From the NCBI GenBank assembly GCA_964016885.1, contig OZ024744.1:10912001-10976000 (forward strand): DNA of 64,000 nt. Reading direction: 5' to 3'. Positions 22,898-37,800 of the stretch are shown here, piece after piece. Made by a program: the position numbers and the translations under genes. Numbering within the stretch: position 1 is the first letter of the stretch; each line of letters begins with the position of its first letter. The stretch comes from Eledone cirrhosa. Lineage: Eukaryota. The notes beneath the pieces were generated by a model, which was not told the DNA's origin, ran no database searches, and saw nothing but the letters and a program-made list of their open reading frames with translations.

Positions 22898-25800
22898 AAT
22901 ATGTTGTGCTGTTGTACTCCAAATCTCGTGTTGTTATACTCCAATGTGTTGTGTTGTTATACTCCAATATGGTGTGTTGTTGTAGTCCAATATGTTGTAT
23001 TGTTTTTTTCCAATATGTCATGTTATACTCCAATATGTTGTGTTCGTGTACTCCAATATGTTGTGTTATTGTACTCCAATATGTTGCGTTGTTGTACTCC
23101 AATATGTCTTGTTATACTCCAATATGTCGTGTGGCTGTACTCCAATATGTCATGTTGTTGTACTCCAATATGTCTTGTTATAGTCCAATATGTCGTGTTG
23201 TTGTACTCCAATATGTCATGTAGTTGTATTCCAATATTTCGTGTTGTTGTACCCCAATATGTCGTGTTGTTTATACTCCAATATGTTTTGCTGTTGTACT
23301 CCAATATGTTGTGTTGCTGTATTCCAATATGTTGTGTTGTTATTCTCCAATATGTTGTGCTGTTGTACTCCAATGTGTTATGTTGTTATACTCCAATATG
23401 TTGTGCTGTGCTACTCCAATATATTGTGTTGTTGTACTCCAATGTGTTGTGTTGTTATACTCCAATATGTTGTGTTGATTTACTCCAATATGTTGTGTTG
23501 TTGTACTCCAATCTGTTGTGTTGTTATACTCCAATATGTTGTGTTGTTATACTCCAATATGTTGTGTTGTTTTACTCCAATATGTTGTGTTGTTGTACTC
23601 CAATATGTTGTGTTGTTGTACTCCAATATGTTGTGTTGTTGTAATCCAATATCTTGTGTTGTTATACTCCAATATGTTGTGTTGTACTCCAATATGTTGT
23701 GTTGTTATACTCCAATATGTTGTGTTGTGATACTCCAATATGTTGTGCTGTTGTACTCCAATATGTTGTGTTGTTATACTCCAATATGTTGTGTTGTTTT
23801 ACTCCAATATGTTGTGTTGTTGTACTCCAATATGTTGTATTGTTGTTCTCCAATATGTCATGTTATACTCCAGTAAGTTGTGTTCTTGTACTCCAATATG
23901 TTGTGTTGTTGTACTGCAATATATAATGTTGTCGTACTCCAATATGTCATGTTATACTCCAATATGTCGTTGTTATACTCCAATATGTCATGTTGTTGTA
24001 CTCCAATATGTCGTATTGTTGTACTCCAATATGTTTTGATGTTGTACTCCAATATGTTGTATTGTTGTACTCCAATATGTTGTGTAGTCGTACTCCAATA
24101 TGTTGTATTGTTATACTCCAATATGTTGTGCTGTTGTACTCCAATATGTTCTGTTGTTGTACTCCAATATATTGTGTTGTTGTACTCCAATACGTCGTGT
24201 TGTTGTACTCCAATAGGTCGTGTTGTTGTACTCCAATATGTTGTGTTGTTGTACTCCAATATGTTGTGTTGTTGTACTCCAATATGTTGTGTTGTTATAC
24301 TCCAATATGTTATGTTGTTGTACTCCAATATGTCATGTTGTTGTACTCCAATATGTTTGATGTTGTACTCCAATATGTTGTGTTGTTGTACTCCAATATG
24401 TTCTGGTGTTGTACTCCAATATGTTGTGTTGTTGTACTCCAATATGTTGTGTAGTCGTACTCCAATATGTTGTGTTGTTGTACTCCAATATGCTGTGATG
24501 TTGTACTCCAATATGATGTGCTGTTGTACTCCAATGCGTTGTGTTGTTGTACTCCAATATGCTGTGTTGTTATACTCCAATATGTTGTGTTGTTGTACTC
24601 CAATATGTTGTGTTGTTGTACTCCAATATGTTGTGTTGTTGTAATCCAATATCTTGTGTTGTTATACTCCAATATGTTGTGCTGTTGTACTCCAATATGT
24701 TGAGTTGTTATACTCCAATATGTAGTGTTGTTATACTCCAATATGTTGTGTTGTTGTACTCCAATCTGTTGCGTTATACTCCAATATGTTGTGTTGTTAT
24801 ACTCCAATATGTTGTGTTGTTATACTCCAATATGTTGTGTTGTTTTACTCCAATATGTTGTATTGTTGATCTCCAATATGTCATATTATACTCCAATAAG
24901 TTGTGTTCTTGTACTCCAATATGTGTTGTTGTTGTACTCCAATATGTTGCGTTGTTGTACTCCAATATATCATGTTGTCGTACTCCAATATGTCATGTTA
25001 TACTCCAATATGTTTTGATGCTGTACTCCAATATGTTGTGTTGTTGTACTACAATATGCTGTGTTGTTGTACTCCAATATGTTGTGTTGTTATACTCCAA
25101 TATGTTGTGCTGTTGTACTCCAATTTGTTGTGTTGTTATACTCCAATATGTAGTGTTGTTATACTCCAATATGTTGTGTTGTTGTACTCCAATCTGTTGT
25201 GTTGTTATACTCCAATATATTGTGTTGTTATACTCCAATATGTTGTGTTGTTTTACTCCAATATGTTGTGTTGTACTCCAATATGTTGTATTGTTGTTCT
25301 CCAATATGTCATGTTATACTCCAATAAGTTGTGTTCTTGTACTCCAATATGTTGTGTTGTTGTACTCCAATATGTTGTTTTGTTGTACTCCAATATATCA
25401 TGTTGTCGTACTCCAATATGTCACGTTATACTCCAATATGTCGTTGTTATACTCCAATATGTCATGATGTTGTACTCCAATGTGTCGTGTACTTGTACTC
25501 CAATATGTCGTGTTGTCGTACTCCAATATGTTGTGTTGTTGTACTCCAATATGTTGTGCTGTTGTACTCCAATATGTTGTGTTGTTGTACTCCAATATGT
25601 TGTGTTGTTATACTCCAATATGTTATGTTGTTGTACTCCAATATGTCTTGTTGTTGTACTCCAATATGTTTTGATGTTGTACTCCAATATGTTGTGTTGT
25701 TGCACTCCAATATGTTTTGATATTGTACTCCAATATGTTGTGTTGTTGTACTCCAATATGTTGTGTAGTCGTACTCCAATATGTTGTGTTGTTGTACTCT

Positions 25801-28800
25801 AATATGTTTTGTTGTTATTCTCCAATATGTTGTGATGTTGTACTCCAATGTGTTGTGTTGTTGTACTCCAATGTGATGTGTTGTTGTACTCCAAAATGTT
25901 ATGCTGTTGTACTCCAATATTTTTTTGTTTTTTGTACTCCAATATGTTGTGTTGTTATACTCCAATATGTTGTGTTGTTATACTCCAATATGTTGTGCTG
26001 TTGTACTCCAAATCTCGTGTTGTTATACTCCAATGTGTTGTGTTGTTATACTCCAATATGGTGTGTTGTTGTACTCCAATATGTTGTATTGTTTTCTCCA
26101 ATATGTCATGTTATACTCCAATATGGTGTGTTCGTGTACGCCAATATGTTGTGTTATTGTACTCCAATATGTTGCGTTGTTGTACTCCAATATGTTGTGT
26201 TGTTATACTCCAATATGTCGTGTGACTGTACTCCAATATGTCATGTTGTTGTACTCCAATATGTCTTGTTATAGTCCAATATGTCGTGTTGTTGTACTCC
26301 AATATATCATGTAGTTGTACTCCAATATTTCGTGTTGTTGTACCCCAATATGTAGTGTTGTTTATACTCCAATATGTTTTGCTGTTGTACTCCAATATGT
26401 TGTGTTGCTGTACTCCTATATGTTGTGTTGTTATTCTCCAATATGTTGTGCTGTTGTACTCCAATGTGTTGTGTTGTTATACTCCAATATGTTCTGTTGT
26501 TGTACTCCAATATGTTGTGTTGTTGTACTCCAATATGTTGTGTTGTTGTACTCCAATGTGCTGTGTTGTTGTACTCCAATATGTTGTGTTGTTGTACTCC
26601 AATATGTTGTGTTGTTGTACTCCAATATGTTGTGTTGTTATACTCCAATATTTCGTGTGGTTGTACTCCAATATGTCATGGTGTTGTACTTCAATATGTC
26701 GTGTTGTTGTACTCCAATATGTTGTCTTGCTGTACTCCAATCTGTTGTGTTGTTGTACTCCAATGTGTTGTGTTGTTGTACTCCAATATGTTGTGCCGTT
26801 GTACTCCAATATGTCATGTTATACTCCAATATGTTGTGTTCGTGTACTCCAATATGTTGTGTTATTGTACTCCAATATGTTGCGTTGTTGTACTCCAATA
26901 TGTTGTGTTGTTATACTCCAATATGTTGTGTTGTTGTACTCCAATATGTCATGTTGTTGTACTCCAGTATGTCTTGTTATACTCCAATATGTCGTGTTGC
27001 TGTACTCCAATATGTCATGCTGTTGTACTCCAATATTTCGTGTCGTTGTACTCCAATATGTCGTGCTTTTGTACTCCAATATGTTTTGCTGTTGTACTCC
27101 ACTGTGTTGTGTTGTTGAACTCCAATATGTTGTGTTGTTGTTCTCCAATATTTTGTGCTGTTGTACTCCAATTTGTGTTGTTGTACTCCAATATGTTGTG
27201 TTGTTGTACTCCAATATGTTGTGTTGTTGTACTCCAATATGTTGTGTTGTTATACTCCAATATGTTGTGCTGTTGTACTCCAATATTTCGTGTTGTTGTA
27301 CTCCAATACGTCGTGTTGTTGTACTCCAATATGTTTTGATGTTGTACTCAAATATGTTGTGTTGTTGTACTCCAATATGTTTTGATGTTGTACTCCAATA
27401 TGTTGTGTTGTTGTACTCCAATATGTTGTGTAGTCGTACTCCAATATGTTGTGTTGTTGTACTCCAATATGCTGTGATGTTGTACTCCAATATGATGTGA
27501 TGTTGTACTACAATGCGTTGTGTTGTTGTACTCCAATGTGATGTGTTGTTGTACTCCAATATGTTGTGCCGTTGTACTCCAATATTTTTTATTTTTGTAC
27601 TCCAATATGTTGTGTTGTTATACTCCAATATGTTGTGTTGTTATACTCCAATATGTTGTGCTGTTGTACTCCAAATCTCGTGTTGTTATACTCCAATGTG
27701 TTGTGTTGTTATACTCCAATATGGTGTGTTGTTGTAGTCCAATATGTTGTATTGTTTTTCTTCCAATATGTCATGTTATACTCCAATATGTTGTGTTCGT
27801 GTACTCCAATATGTTGTGTTATTGTACTCCAATATGTTGCGTTGTTGTACTCCAATATGTTGTGTTGTTATACTCCAATATGTTGTGTTGTTGTACTCCA
27901 ATATGTTGTGTTGTTATACTCCAATATGTTGTGCTGTTGTACTCCAATATGTTGTGTTGTTATACTCCAATATGTAGTGTTGTTATACTCCAATATGTTG
28001 TGTTGTTGTACTCCAATCTGTTGTGTTGTTATACTCCAATATATTGTGTTGTTATACTCCAATATGTTGTGTTGTTTTACTCCAATATGTTGTGTTGTTG
28101 TACTCCAATATGTTGTATTGTTGTTCTCCAATATGTCATGTTATACTCCAATAAGTTGTGTTCTTGTACACCAATATGTTGTGTTGTTGTACTCCAATAT
28201 GTTGTTTTGTTGTACTCCAATATATCATGTTGTCGTACTCCAATATGTCACGTTATACTCCAATATGTCGTTGTTATACTCCAATATGTCATGATGTTGT
28301 ACTCCAATATGTCGTGTTCTTGTACTCCAATATGTCGTGTTGTCATACTCCAATATGTTGTGTTGTTGTACTCCAATATGTTGTGTTGTTGTACTCCAAT
28401 ATGTTGTGTTGTTGTACTCCAATATGTTGTGTTGTTATACTCCAATATGTTGTGCTGTTGTACTCCAATATTTCGTGTTGTTGTACTCCAATACATCGTG
28501 TTGTACTCCAATATGTTGTGTTGTTATACTCCAATATGTTATGTTGTTGTACTCCAATATGTCTTGTTGTTGTACTCCAATATGTTTTGATGTTGTACTC
28601 CAATATGTTGTGTTGTTGCACTCCAATATGTTTTGATGTTGTACTCCAATATGTTGTGTTGTTGTACTCCAATATGTTGTGTAGTCGTACTCCAATATGT
28701 TGTATTGTTGTACTCTAATATGTTTTGTTGTTATTCTCCAATATGTTGTGATGTTGTACTCCAATGTGTTGTGTTGTTGTACTCCAATGTGATGTGTTGT

Positions 28801-31800
28801 TGTACTCCAAAATGTTGTGATGTTGTACTCCAATATTTTTTGTTTTTTGTACTCCAATATGTTGTGTTGTTATACTCCAATATGCTGTGTTGTTATACTC
28901 CAATATGTTGTGCTGTTGTACTCCAAATCTCGTGTTGTTATACTCCAATGTGTTGTGTTGTTATACTCCAATATGGTGTGTTGTTGTACTCCAATATGTT
29001 GTATTGTTTTCTCCAATATGTCATGTTATACTCCAATATGTTGTGTTCGTGTACGCCAATATGTTGTGTTATTGTACTCCAATATGTTGCGTTGTTGTAC
29101 TCCAATATGTTGTGTTGTTATACTCCAATATGTCGTGTGGCTGTACTCCAATATGTCATGTTGTTGTACTCCAATATGTCTTGTTATAGTCCAATATGTC
29201 GTGTTGTTGTACTCCAATATATCATGTAGTTGTACTCCAATATTTCGTGTTGTTGTACCCCAATATGTAGTGTTGTTTATACTCCAATATGTTTTGCTGT
29301 TGTACTCCAATATGTTGTGTTGCTGTACTCCTATATGTTGTGTTGTTATTCTCCAATATGTTGTGCTGTTGTACTCCAATGTGTTGTGTTGTTATACTCC
29401 AATATGTTCTGTTGTTGTACTCCAATATGTTGTGTTGTTGTACTCCAATATGTTGTGTTGTTGTACTCCAATGTGCTGTGTTGTTGTACTCCAATATGTT
29501 GTGTTGTTGTACTCCAATATGTTGTGTTGTTATACTCCAATATTTCGTGTGGTTGTACTCCAATATGTCATGGTGTTGTACTTCAATATGTCGTGTTGTT
29601 GTACTCCAATATGTTGTCTTGCTGTACTCCAATCTGTTGTGTTGTTGTACTCCAATGTGTTGTGTTGTTGTACTCCAATATGTTGTGCCGTTGTACTCCA
29701 ATATGTCATGTTATACTCCAATATGTTGTGTTCGTGTACTCCAATATGTTGTGTTATTGTACTCCAATATGTTGCGTTGTTGTACTCCAATATGTTGTGT
29801 TGTTATACTCCAATATGTTGTGTTGTTGTACTCCAATATGTCATGTTGTTGTACTCCAGTATGTCTTGTTATACTCCAATATGTCGTGTTGCTGTACTCC
29901 AATATGTCATGCTGTTGTACTCCAATATTTCGTGTCGTTGTACTCCAATATGTCGTGCTTTTGTACTCCAATATGTTTTGCTGTTGTACTCCACTGTGTT
30001 GTGTTGTTGAACTCCAATATGTTGTGTTGTTGTTCTCCAATATTTTGTGCTGTTGTACTCCAATTTGTGTTGTTGTACTCCAATATGTTGTGTTGTTGTA
30101 CTCCAATATGTTGTGTTGTTGTACTCCAATATGTTGTGTTGTTATACTCCAATATGTTGTGCTGTTGTACTCCAATATTTCGTGTTGTTGTACTCCAATA
30201 CGTCGTGTTGTTGTACTCCAATATGTTTTGATGTTGTACTCAAATATGTTGTGTTGTTGTACTCCAATATGTTTTGATGTTGTACTCCAATATGTTGTGT
30301 TGTTGTACTCCAATATGTTGTGTAGTCGTACTCCAATATGTTGTGTTGTTGTACTCCAATATGCTGTGATGTTGTACTCCAATATGATGTGATGTTGTAC
30401 TACAATGCGTTGTGTTGTTGTACTCCAATGTGATGTGTTGTTGTACTCCAATATGTTGTGCCGTTGTACTCCAATATTTTTTATTTTTGTACTCCAATAT
30501 GTTGTGTTGTTATACTCCAATATGTTGTGTTGTTATACTCCAATATGTTGTGCTGTTGTACTCCAAATCTCGTGTTGTTATACTCCAATGTGTTGTGTTG
30601 TTATACTCCAATATGGTGTGTTGTTGTAGTCCAATATGTTGTATTGTTTTTCTTCCAATATGTCATGTTATACTCCAATATGTTGTGTTCGTGTACTCCA
30701 ATATGTTGTGTTATTGTACTCCAATATGTTGCGTTGTTGTACTCCAATATGTTGTGTTGTTATACTCCAATATGTTGTGTTGTTGTACTCCAATATGTTG
30801 TGTTGTTATACTCCAATATGTTGTGCTGTTGTACTCCAATATGTTGTGTTGTTATACTCCAATATGTAGTGTTGTTATACTCCAATATGTTGTGTTGTTG
30901 TACTCCAATCTGTTGTGTTGTTATACTCCAATATATTGTGTTGTTATACTCCAATATGTTGTGTTGTTTTACTCCAATATGTTGTGTTGTTGTACTCCAA
31001 TATGTTGTATTGTTGTTCTCCAATATGTCATGTTATACTCCAATAAGTTGTGTTCTTGTACACCAATATGTTGTGTTGTTGTACTCCAATATGTTGTTTT
31101 GTTGTACTCCAATATATCATGTTGTCGTACTCCAATATGTCACGTTATACTCCAATATGTCGTTGTTATACTCCAATATGTCATGATGTTGTACTCCAAT
31201 ATGTCGTGTTCTTGTACTCCAATATGTCGTGTTGTCATACTCCAATATGTTGTGTTGTTGTACTCCAATATGTTGTGTTGTTGTACTCCAATATGTTGTG
31301 TTGTTGTACTCCAATATGTTGTGTTGTTATACTCCAATATGTTGTGCTGTTGTACTCCAATATTTCGTGTTGTTGTACTCCAATACATCGTGTTGTACTC
31401 CAATATGTTGTGTTGTTATACTCCAATATGTTATGTTGTTGTACTCCAATATGTCTTGTTGTTGTACTCCAATATGTTTTGATGTTGTACTCCAATATGT
31501 TGTGTTGTTGCACTCCAATATGTTTTGATGTTGTACTCCAATATGTTGTGTTGTTGTACTCCAATATGTTGTGTAGTCGTACTCCAATATGTTGTATTGT
31601 TGTACTCTAATATGTTTTGTTGTTATTCTCCAATATGTTGTGATGTTGTACTCCAATGTGTTGTGTTGTTGTACTCCAATGTGATGTGTTGTTGTACTCC
31701 AAAATGTTGTGATGTTGTACTCCAATATTTTTTTGTTTTTTGTACTCCAATATGTTGTGTTGTTATACTCCAATATGCTGTGTTGTTATACTCCAATATG

Positions 31801-34800
31801 TTGTGCTGTTGTACTCCAAATCTCGTGTTGTTATACTCCAATGTGTTGTGTTGTTATACTCCAATATGGTGTGTTGTTGTACTCCAATATGTTGTATTGT
31901 TTTCTCCAATATGTCATGTTATACTCCAATATGGTGTGTTCGTGTACGCCAATATGTTGTGTTATTGTACTCCAATATGTTGCGTTGTTGTACTCCAATA
32001 TGTTGTGTTGTTATACTCCAATATGTCGTGTGGCTGTACTCCAATATGTCATGTTGTTGTACTCCAATATGTCTTGTTATAGTCCAATATGTCGTGTTGT
32101 TGTACTCCAATATATCATGTAGTTGTACTCCAATATTTCGTGTTGTTGTACCCCAATATGTAGTGTTGTTTATACTCCAATATGTTTTGCTGTTGTACTC
32201 CAATATGTTGTGTTGCTGTACTCCTATATGTTGTGTTGTTATTCTCCAATATGTTGTGCTGTTGTACTCCAATGTGTTGTGTTGTTATACTCCAATATGT
32301 TCTGTTGTTGTACTCCAATATGTTGTGTTGTTGTACTCCAATATGTTGTGTTGTTGTACTCCAATGTGCTGTGTTGTTGTACTCCAATATGTTGTGTTGT
32401 TGTACTCCAATATGTTGTGTTGTTATACTCCAATATGTTGTGTTGTTATACTCCAATATTTCGTGTGGTTGTACTCCAATATGTCATGGTGTTGTACTTC
32501 AATATGTCGTGTTGTTGTACTCCAATATGTTGTCTTGCTGTACTCCAATCTGTTGTGTTGCTGTACTCCAATGTGTTGTGTTGTTGTACTCCAATATGTT
32601 GTGCCGTTGTACTCCAATATGTCATGTTATACTCCAATATGTTGTGTTCGTGTACTCCAATATGTTGTGTTATTGTACTCCAATATGTTGCGTTGTTGTA
32701 CTCCAATATGTTGTGTTGTTATACTCCAATATGTTGTGGTGTTGTACTCCAATATGTCATGTTGTTGTACTCCAGTATATCTTGTTATACTCCAATATGT
32801 CGTGTTGCTGTACTCCAATATGTCATGCTGTTGTACTCCAATATTTCGTGTCGTTGTACTCCAATATGTCGTGCTTTTGTACTCCAATATGTTTTGCTGT
32901 TGTACTCCACTGTGTTGTGTTGTTGAACTCCAATATGTTGTGTTGTTGTTCTCCAATATTTTGTGCTGTTGTACTCCAATGTGTTGTGTTGTTATACTCC
33001 AATATGTTGTGTTGTGATACTCCAATGTGTTGTGCTGTTGTAATACAATATGTTATGTTGTACTCCAATATGTTGTGTTGTTATACTCCAATATGTAGTG
33101 TTGTTATACTCCAATATGTTGCGTTGTTGTACCCCAATATGTCGTGTTGATTATACTACAATTTTTGTTGCTGTTGTACTCCAATATGTTGTGTTGTTGT
33201 ACTCTAATATGTTGTGTTGTTATTCTCCAATATGTTGTGCTGTTGTACTCCAATGTGTTATGTTGTTATACTCCAATATGTTGTGCTGTGATACTCCAAT
33301 ATGTTGTGTTGTTGTACTCCAATCTGTTGTGTTGTTATACTCCAATATATTGTGTTGTTATACTCCAATATGTTGCGTTGTTTTACTCCAATATGTTGTG
33401 TTGTTGTACTCCAATATGTTGTGTTGTAGTACTCCAATATGTTGTGTTGTTGTAATCCAATATCTTGTGTTGTTATACTCCAATATGTTGTGTTGTTGTA
33501 CTCCAATATGTTGTGTTGTTATACTCCAATATGTTGTGTTATGATACTCCAATATGTTGTGCTGTTGTACTCCAATATTTTGTGTTGTCGTACTCCAATA
33601 TGTGATGTTGTACTCCAATATGTCCTGTTGTTATACTCCAATATGTTGTGTTGTTATACTCCAATATGTCATGGTGTTGTACTTCAATATGTCGTGTTGT
33701 TGTACTCCAATATGTTGTGTTGTTGTACTCCAATACGCGATGTTGTTGTACTCCAATATGTTGTGTTGTTTTACTCCAATATCTTGTGTTGTTATACTCC
33801 AATATGTTGTGTTGTTATACTCCAATATGTTGTGTTTTTGTACTCCAACATGTTGTGCTGTTGTACTCCAATATGATGTGTTGTTGTACTCCAATATGAT
33901 GTGCTGTTGTACTCCAATGTGTTGTGTTGTTGTACTCCAATATGTTGTGCCGTTGTACTCCAATTTTTTTTGTTTTTGTACTCCAATATGTTGTGTTTTT
34001 ATACTCCAATATGTTGTGTTGGTGTACTCCAATATGGTGTGCTGTTGTACTCCAAATCTCGTGTTGTTATACTCCAATGTGTTGTGTTGTTATACTCCAA
34101 TATGGTGTGTTGTTGTACTCCAATATGTTGTATTGTTTTTCTCCAATATGTCATGTTATACTCCAATATGTTGTGTTCGTGTACTCCAATATGTTGTGTT
34201 ATTGTACTCCAATATGTTGCGTTCTTGTACTCCAATATGTTGTGTTGTTATACTCCAATATGTTGTGTTGTTGTACTCCAATATGTTGTTTTGTTGTACT
34301 CCAATATGTCATGTTGTTGTACTCCAGTATGTCTTGTTATACTCCAATATGTCGTGTTGCTGTATTCCAATATGTTGTGTTGTTATTCTCCAATATGTTG
34401 TGCTGTTGTACTCCAATGTGTTATGTTGTTATACTCCAATATGTTGTGCTGTGCTACTTCAATATATTGTGTTGTTGTACTCCAATGTGTTGTGTTGTTA
34501 TACTCCAATATGTTGTGTTGTTATACTCCAATATGTTGTGTTGTTATACTCCAATATGTTGTGTTGTTGTACTCCAATATGTTGTGTTGTGATACTCCAA
34601 TATGTTGTGCTTTTGTACTCCAATATGTTGAGTTGTTATACTCCAATATGTAGTGTTGTTATACTTCAATATGTTGTGTTGTTGTACTCCAATATGTTGT
34701 GTTGTTGTACTCCAATATGTTGTGTTGTTGTACTCCAACATGTTGTGTTGTTGTACTCCAATATGTGATATTGTTGTACTCCAATATGTCGCGTTGTTGT

Positions 34801-37800
34801 ACTCCAATATGTTGTGTTGTTATACTCCAATATTTCGTGTTGTTTTACTACAATATGTCATGTTGTTGTACTCCAGTATGTCTTGTTATACTCCAATATG
34901 TCGTGTTGCTGTACTCCAATATGTCATGCTGTTGTACTCCAATATGTTTTGCTGTTGTACTCCACTGTGTTGTGTTGTTGAACTCCAATATGTTGTGTTG
35001 TTGTTCTCCAATATTTTGTGCTGTTGTACTCCAATTTGTGTTGTTGTACTCCAATATGTTGTGTTGTTGTACTCCAATATGTTGTGTTGTTGTACTCCAA
35101 TATGTTGTGTTGTTTTACTCCAATATGTTGTGCTGTTGTACTCCAATATTTCGTGTTGTTGTACTCCAATATGTTTTGATGTTGTACTCAAATATGTTGT
35201 GCTGTTGTACTCCAATATGTTTTGATGTTGTACTCCAATATGTTGTGTTGTTGTACTCCAATATGTTGTGTAGTCGTACTCCAATATGTTGTGTTGTTGT
35301 ACTCCAATATGCTGTGATGTTGTACTCCAATATGATGTGATGTTGTACTACAATGCGTTGTGTTGTTGTACTCCAATGTGATGTGTTGTTGTACTCCAAT
35401 ATGTTGTGCCGTTGTACTCCAATATTTTTTATTTTTGTACTCCAATATGTTGTGTTGTTATACTCCAATATGTTGTGTTGTTATACTCCAATATGTTGTG
35501 CTGTTGTACTCCAAATCTCGTGTTGTTATACTCCAATGTGTTGTGTTGTTATACTCCAATATGGTGTGTTGTTGTAGTCCAATATGTTGTATTGTTTTTC
35601 TTCCAATATGTCATGTTATACTCCAATATGTTGTGTTCGTGTACTCCAATATGTTGTGTTATTGTACTCCAATATGTTGCGTTGTTGTACTCCAATATGT
35701 TGTGTTGTTATACTCCAATATGTTGTGTTGTTGTACTCCAATATGTTGTGTTGTTATACTCCAATATGTTGTGCTGTTGTACTCCAATATGTTGTGTTGT
35801 TATACTCCAATATGTAGTGTTGTTATACTCCAATATGTTGTGTTGTTGTACTCCAATCTGTTGTGTTGTTATACTCCAATATATTGTGTTGTTATACTCC
35901 AATATGTTGTGTTGTTTTACTCCAATATGTTGTGTTGTTGTACTCCAATATGTTGTATTGTTGTTCTCCAATATGTCATGTTATACTCCAATAAGTTGTG
36001 TTCTTGTACACCAATATGTTGTGTTGTTGTACTCCAATATGTTGTTTTGTTGTACTCCAATATATCATGTTGTCGTACTCCAATATGTCACGTTATACTC
36101 CAATATGTCGTTGTTATACTCCAATATGTCATGATATTGTACTCCAATATGTCGTGTTCTTGTACTCCAATATGTCGTGTTGTCATACTCCAATATGTTG
36201 TGTTGTTGTACTCCAATATGTTGTGTTGTTGTACTCCAATATGTTGTGTTGTTGTACTCCAATATGTTGTGTTGTTATACTCCAATATGTTGTGCTGTTG
36301 TACTCCAATATTTCGTGTTGTTGTACTCCAATACATCGTGTTGTACTCCAATATGTTGTGTTGTTATACTCCAATATGTTATGTTGTTGTACTCCAATAT
36401 GTCTTGTTGTTGTACTCCAATATGTTTTGATGTTGTACTCCAATATGTTGTGTTGTTGCACTCCAATATGTTTTGATGTTGTACTCCAATATGTTGTGTT
36501 GTTGTACTCCAATATGTTGTGTAGTCGTACTCCAATATGTTGTATTGTTGTACTCTAATATGTTTTGTTGTTATTCTCCAATATGTTGTGATGTTGTACT
36601 CCAATGTGTTGTGTTGTTGTACTCCAATGTGATGTGTTGTTGTACTCCAAAATGTTGTGATGTTGTACTCCAATATTTTTTGTTTTTTGTACTCCAATAT
36701 GTTGTGTTGTTATACTCCAATATGCTGTGTTGTTATACTCCAATATGTTGTGCTGTTGTACTCCAAATCTCGTGTTGTTATACTCCAATGTGTTGTGTTG
36801 TTATACTCCAATATGGTGTGTTGTTGTACTCCAATATGTTGTATTGTTTTCTCCAATATGTCATGTTATACTCCAATATGGTGTGTTCGTGTACGCCAAT
36901 ATGTTGTGTTATTGTACTCCAATATGTTGCGTTGTTGTACTCCAATATGTTGTGTTGTTATACTCCAATATGTCGTGTGGCTGTACTCCAATATGTCATG
37001 TTGTTGTACTCCAATATGTCTTGTTATAGTCCAATATGTCGTGTTGTTGTACTCCAATATATCATGTAGTTGTACTCCAATATTTCGTGTTGTTGTACCC
37101 CAATATGTAGTGTTGTTTATACTCCAATATGTTTTGCTGTTGTACTCCAATATGTTGTGTTGCTGTACTCCTATATGTTGTGTTGTTATTCTCCAATATG
37201 TTGTGCTGTTGTACTCCAATGTGTTGTGTTTTTATACTCCAATATGTTCTGTTGTTGTACTCCAATATGTTGTGTTGTTGTACTCCAATATGTTGTGTTG
37301 TTGTACTCCAATGTGCTGTGTTGTTGTACTCCAATATGTTGTGTTGTTGTACTCCAATATGTTGTGTTGTTGTACTCCAATATGTTGTGTTGTTATACTC
37401 CAATATTTCGTGTGGTTGTACTCCAATATGTCATGGTGTTGTACTTCAATATGTCGTGTTGTTGTACTCCAATATGTTGTCTTGCTGTACTCCAATCTGT
37501 TGTGTTGTTGTACTCCAATGTGTTGTGTTGTTGTACTCCAATATGTTGTGCCGTTGTACTCCAATATGTCATGTTATACTCCAATATGTTGTGTTCGTGT
37601 ACTCCAATATGTTGTGTTATTGTACTCCAATATGTTGCGTTGTTGTACTCCAATATGTTGTGTTGTTATACTCCAATATGTTGTGTTGTTGTACTCCAAT
37701 ATGTCATGTTGTTGTACTCCAGTATGTCTTGTTATACTCCAATATGTCGTGTTGCTGTACTCCAATATGTCATGCTGTTGTACTCCAATATTTCGTGTCG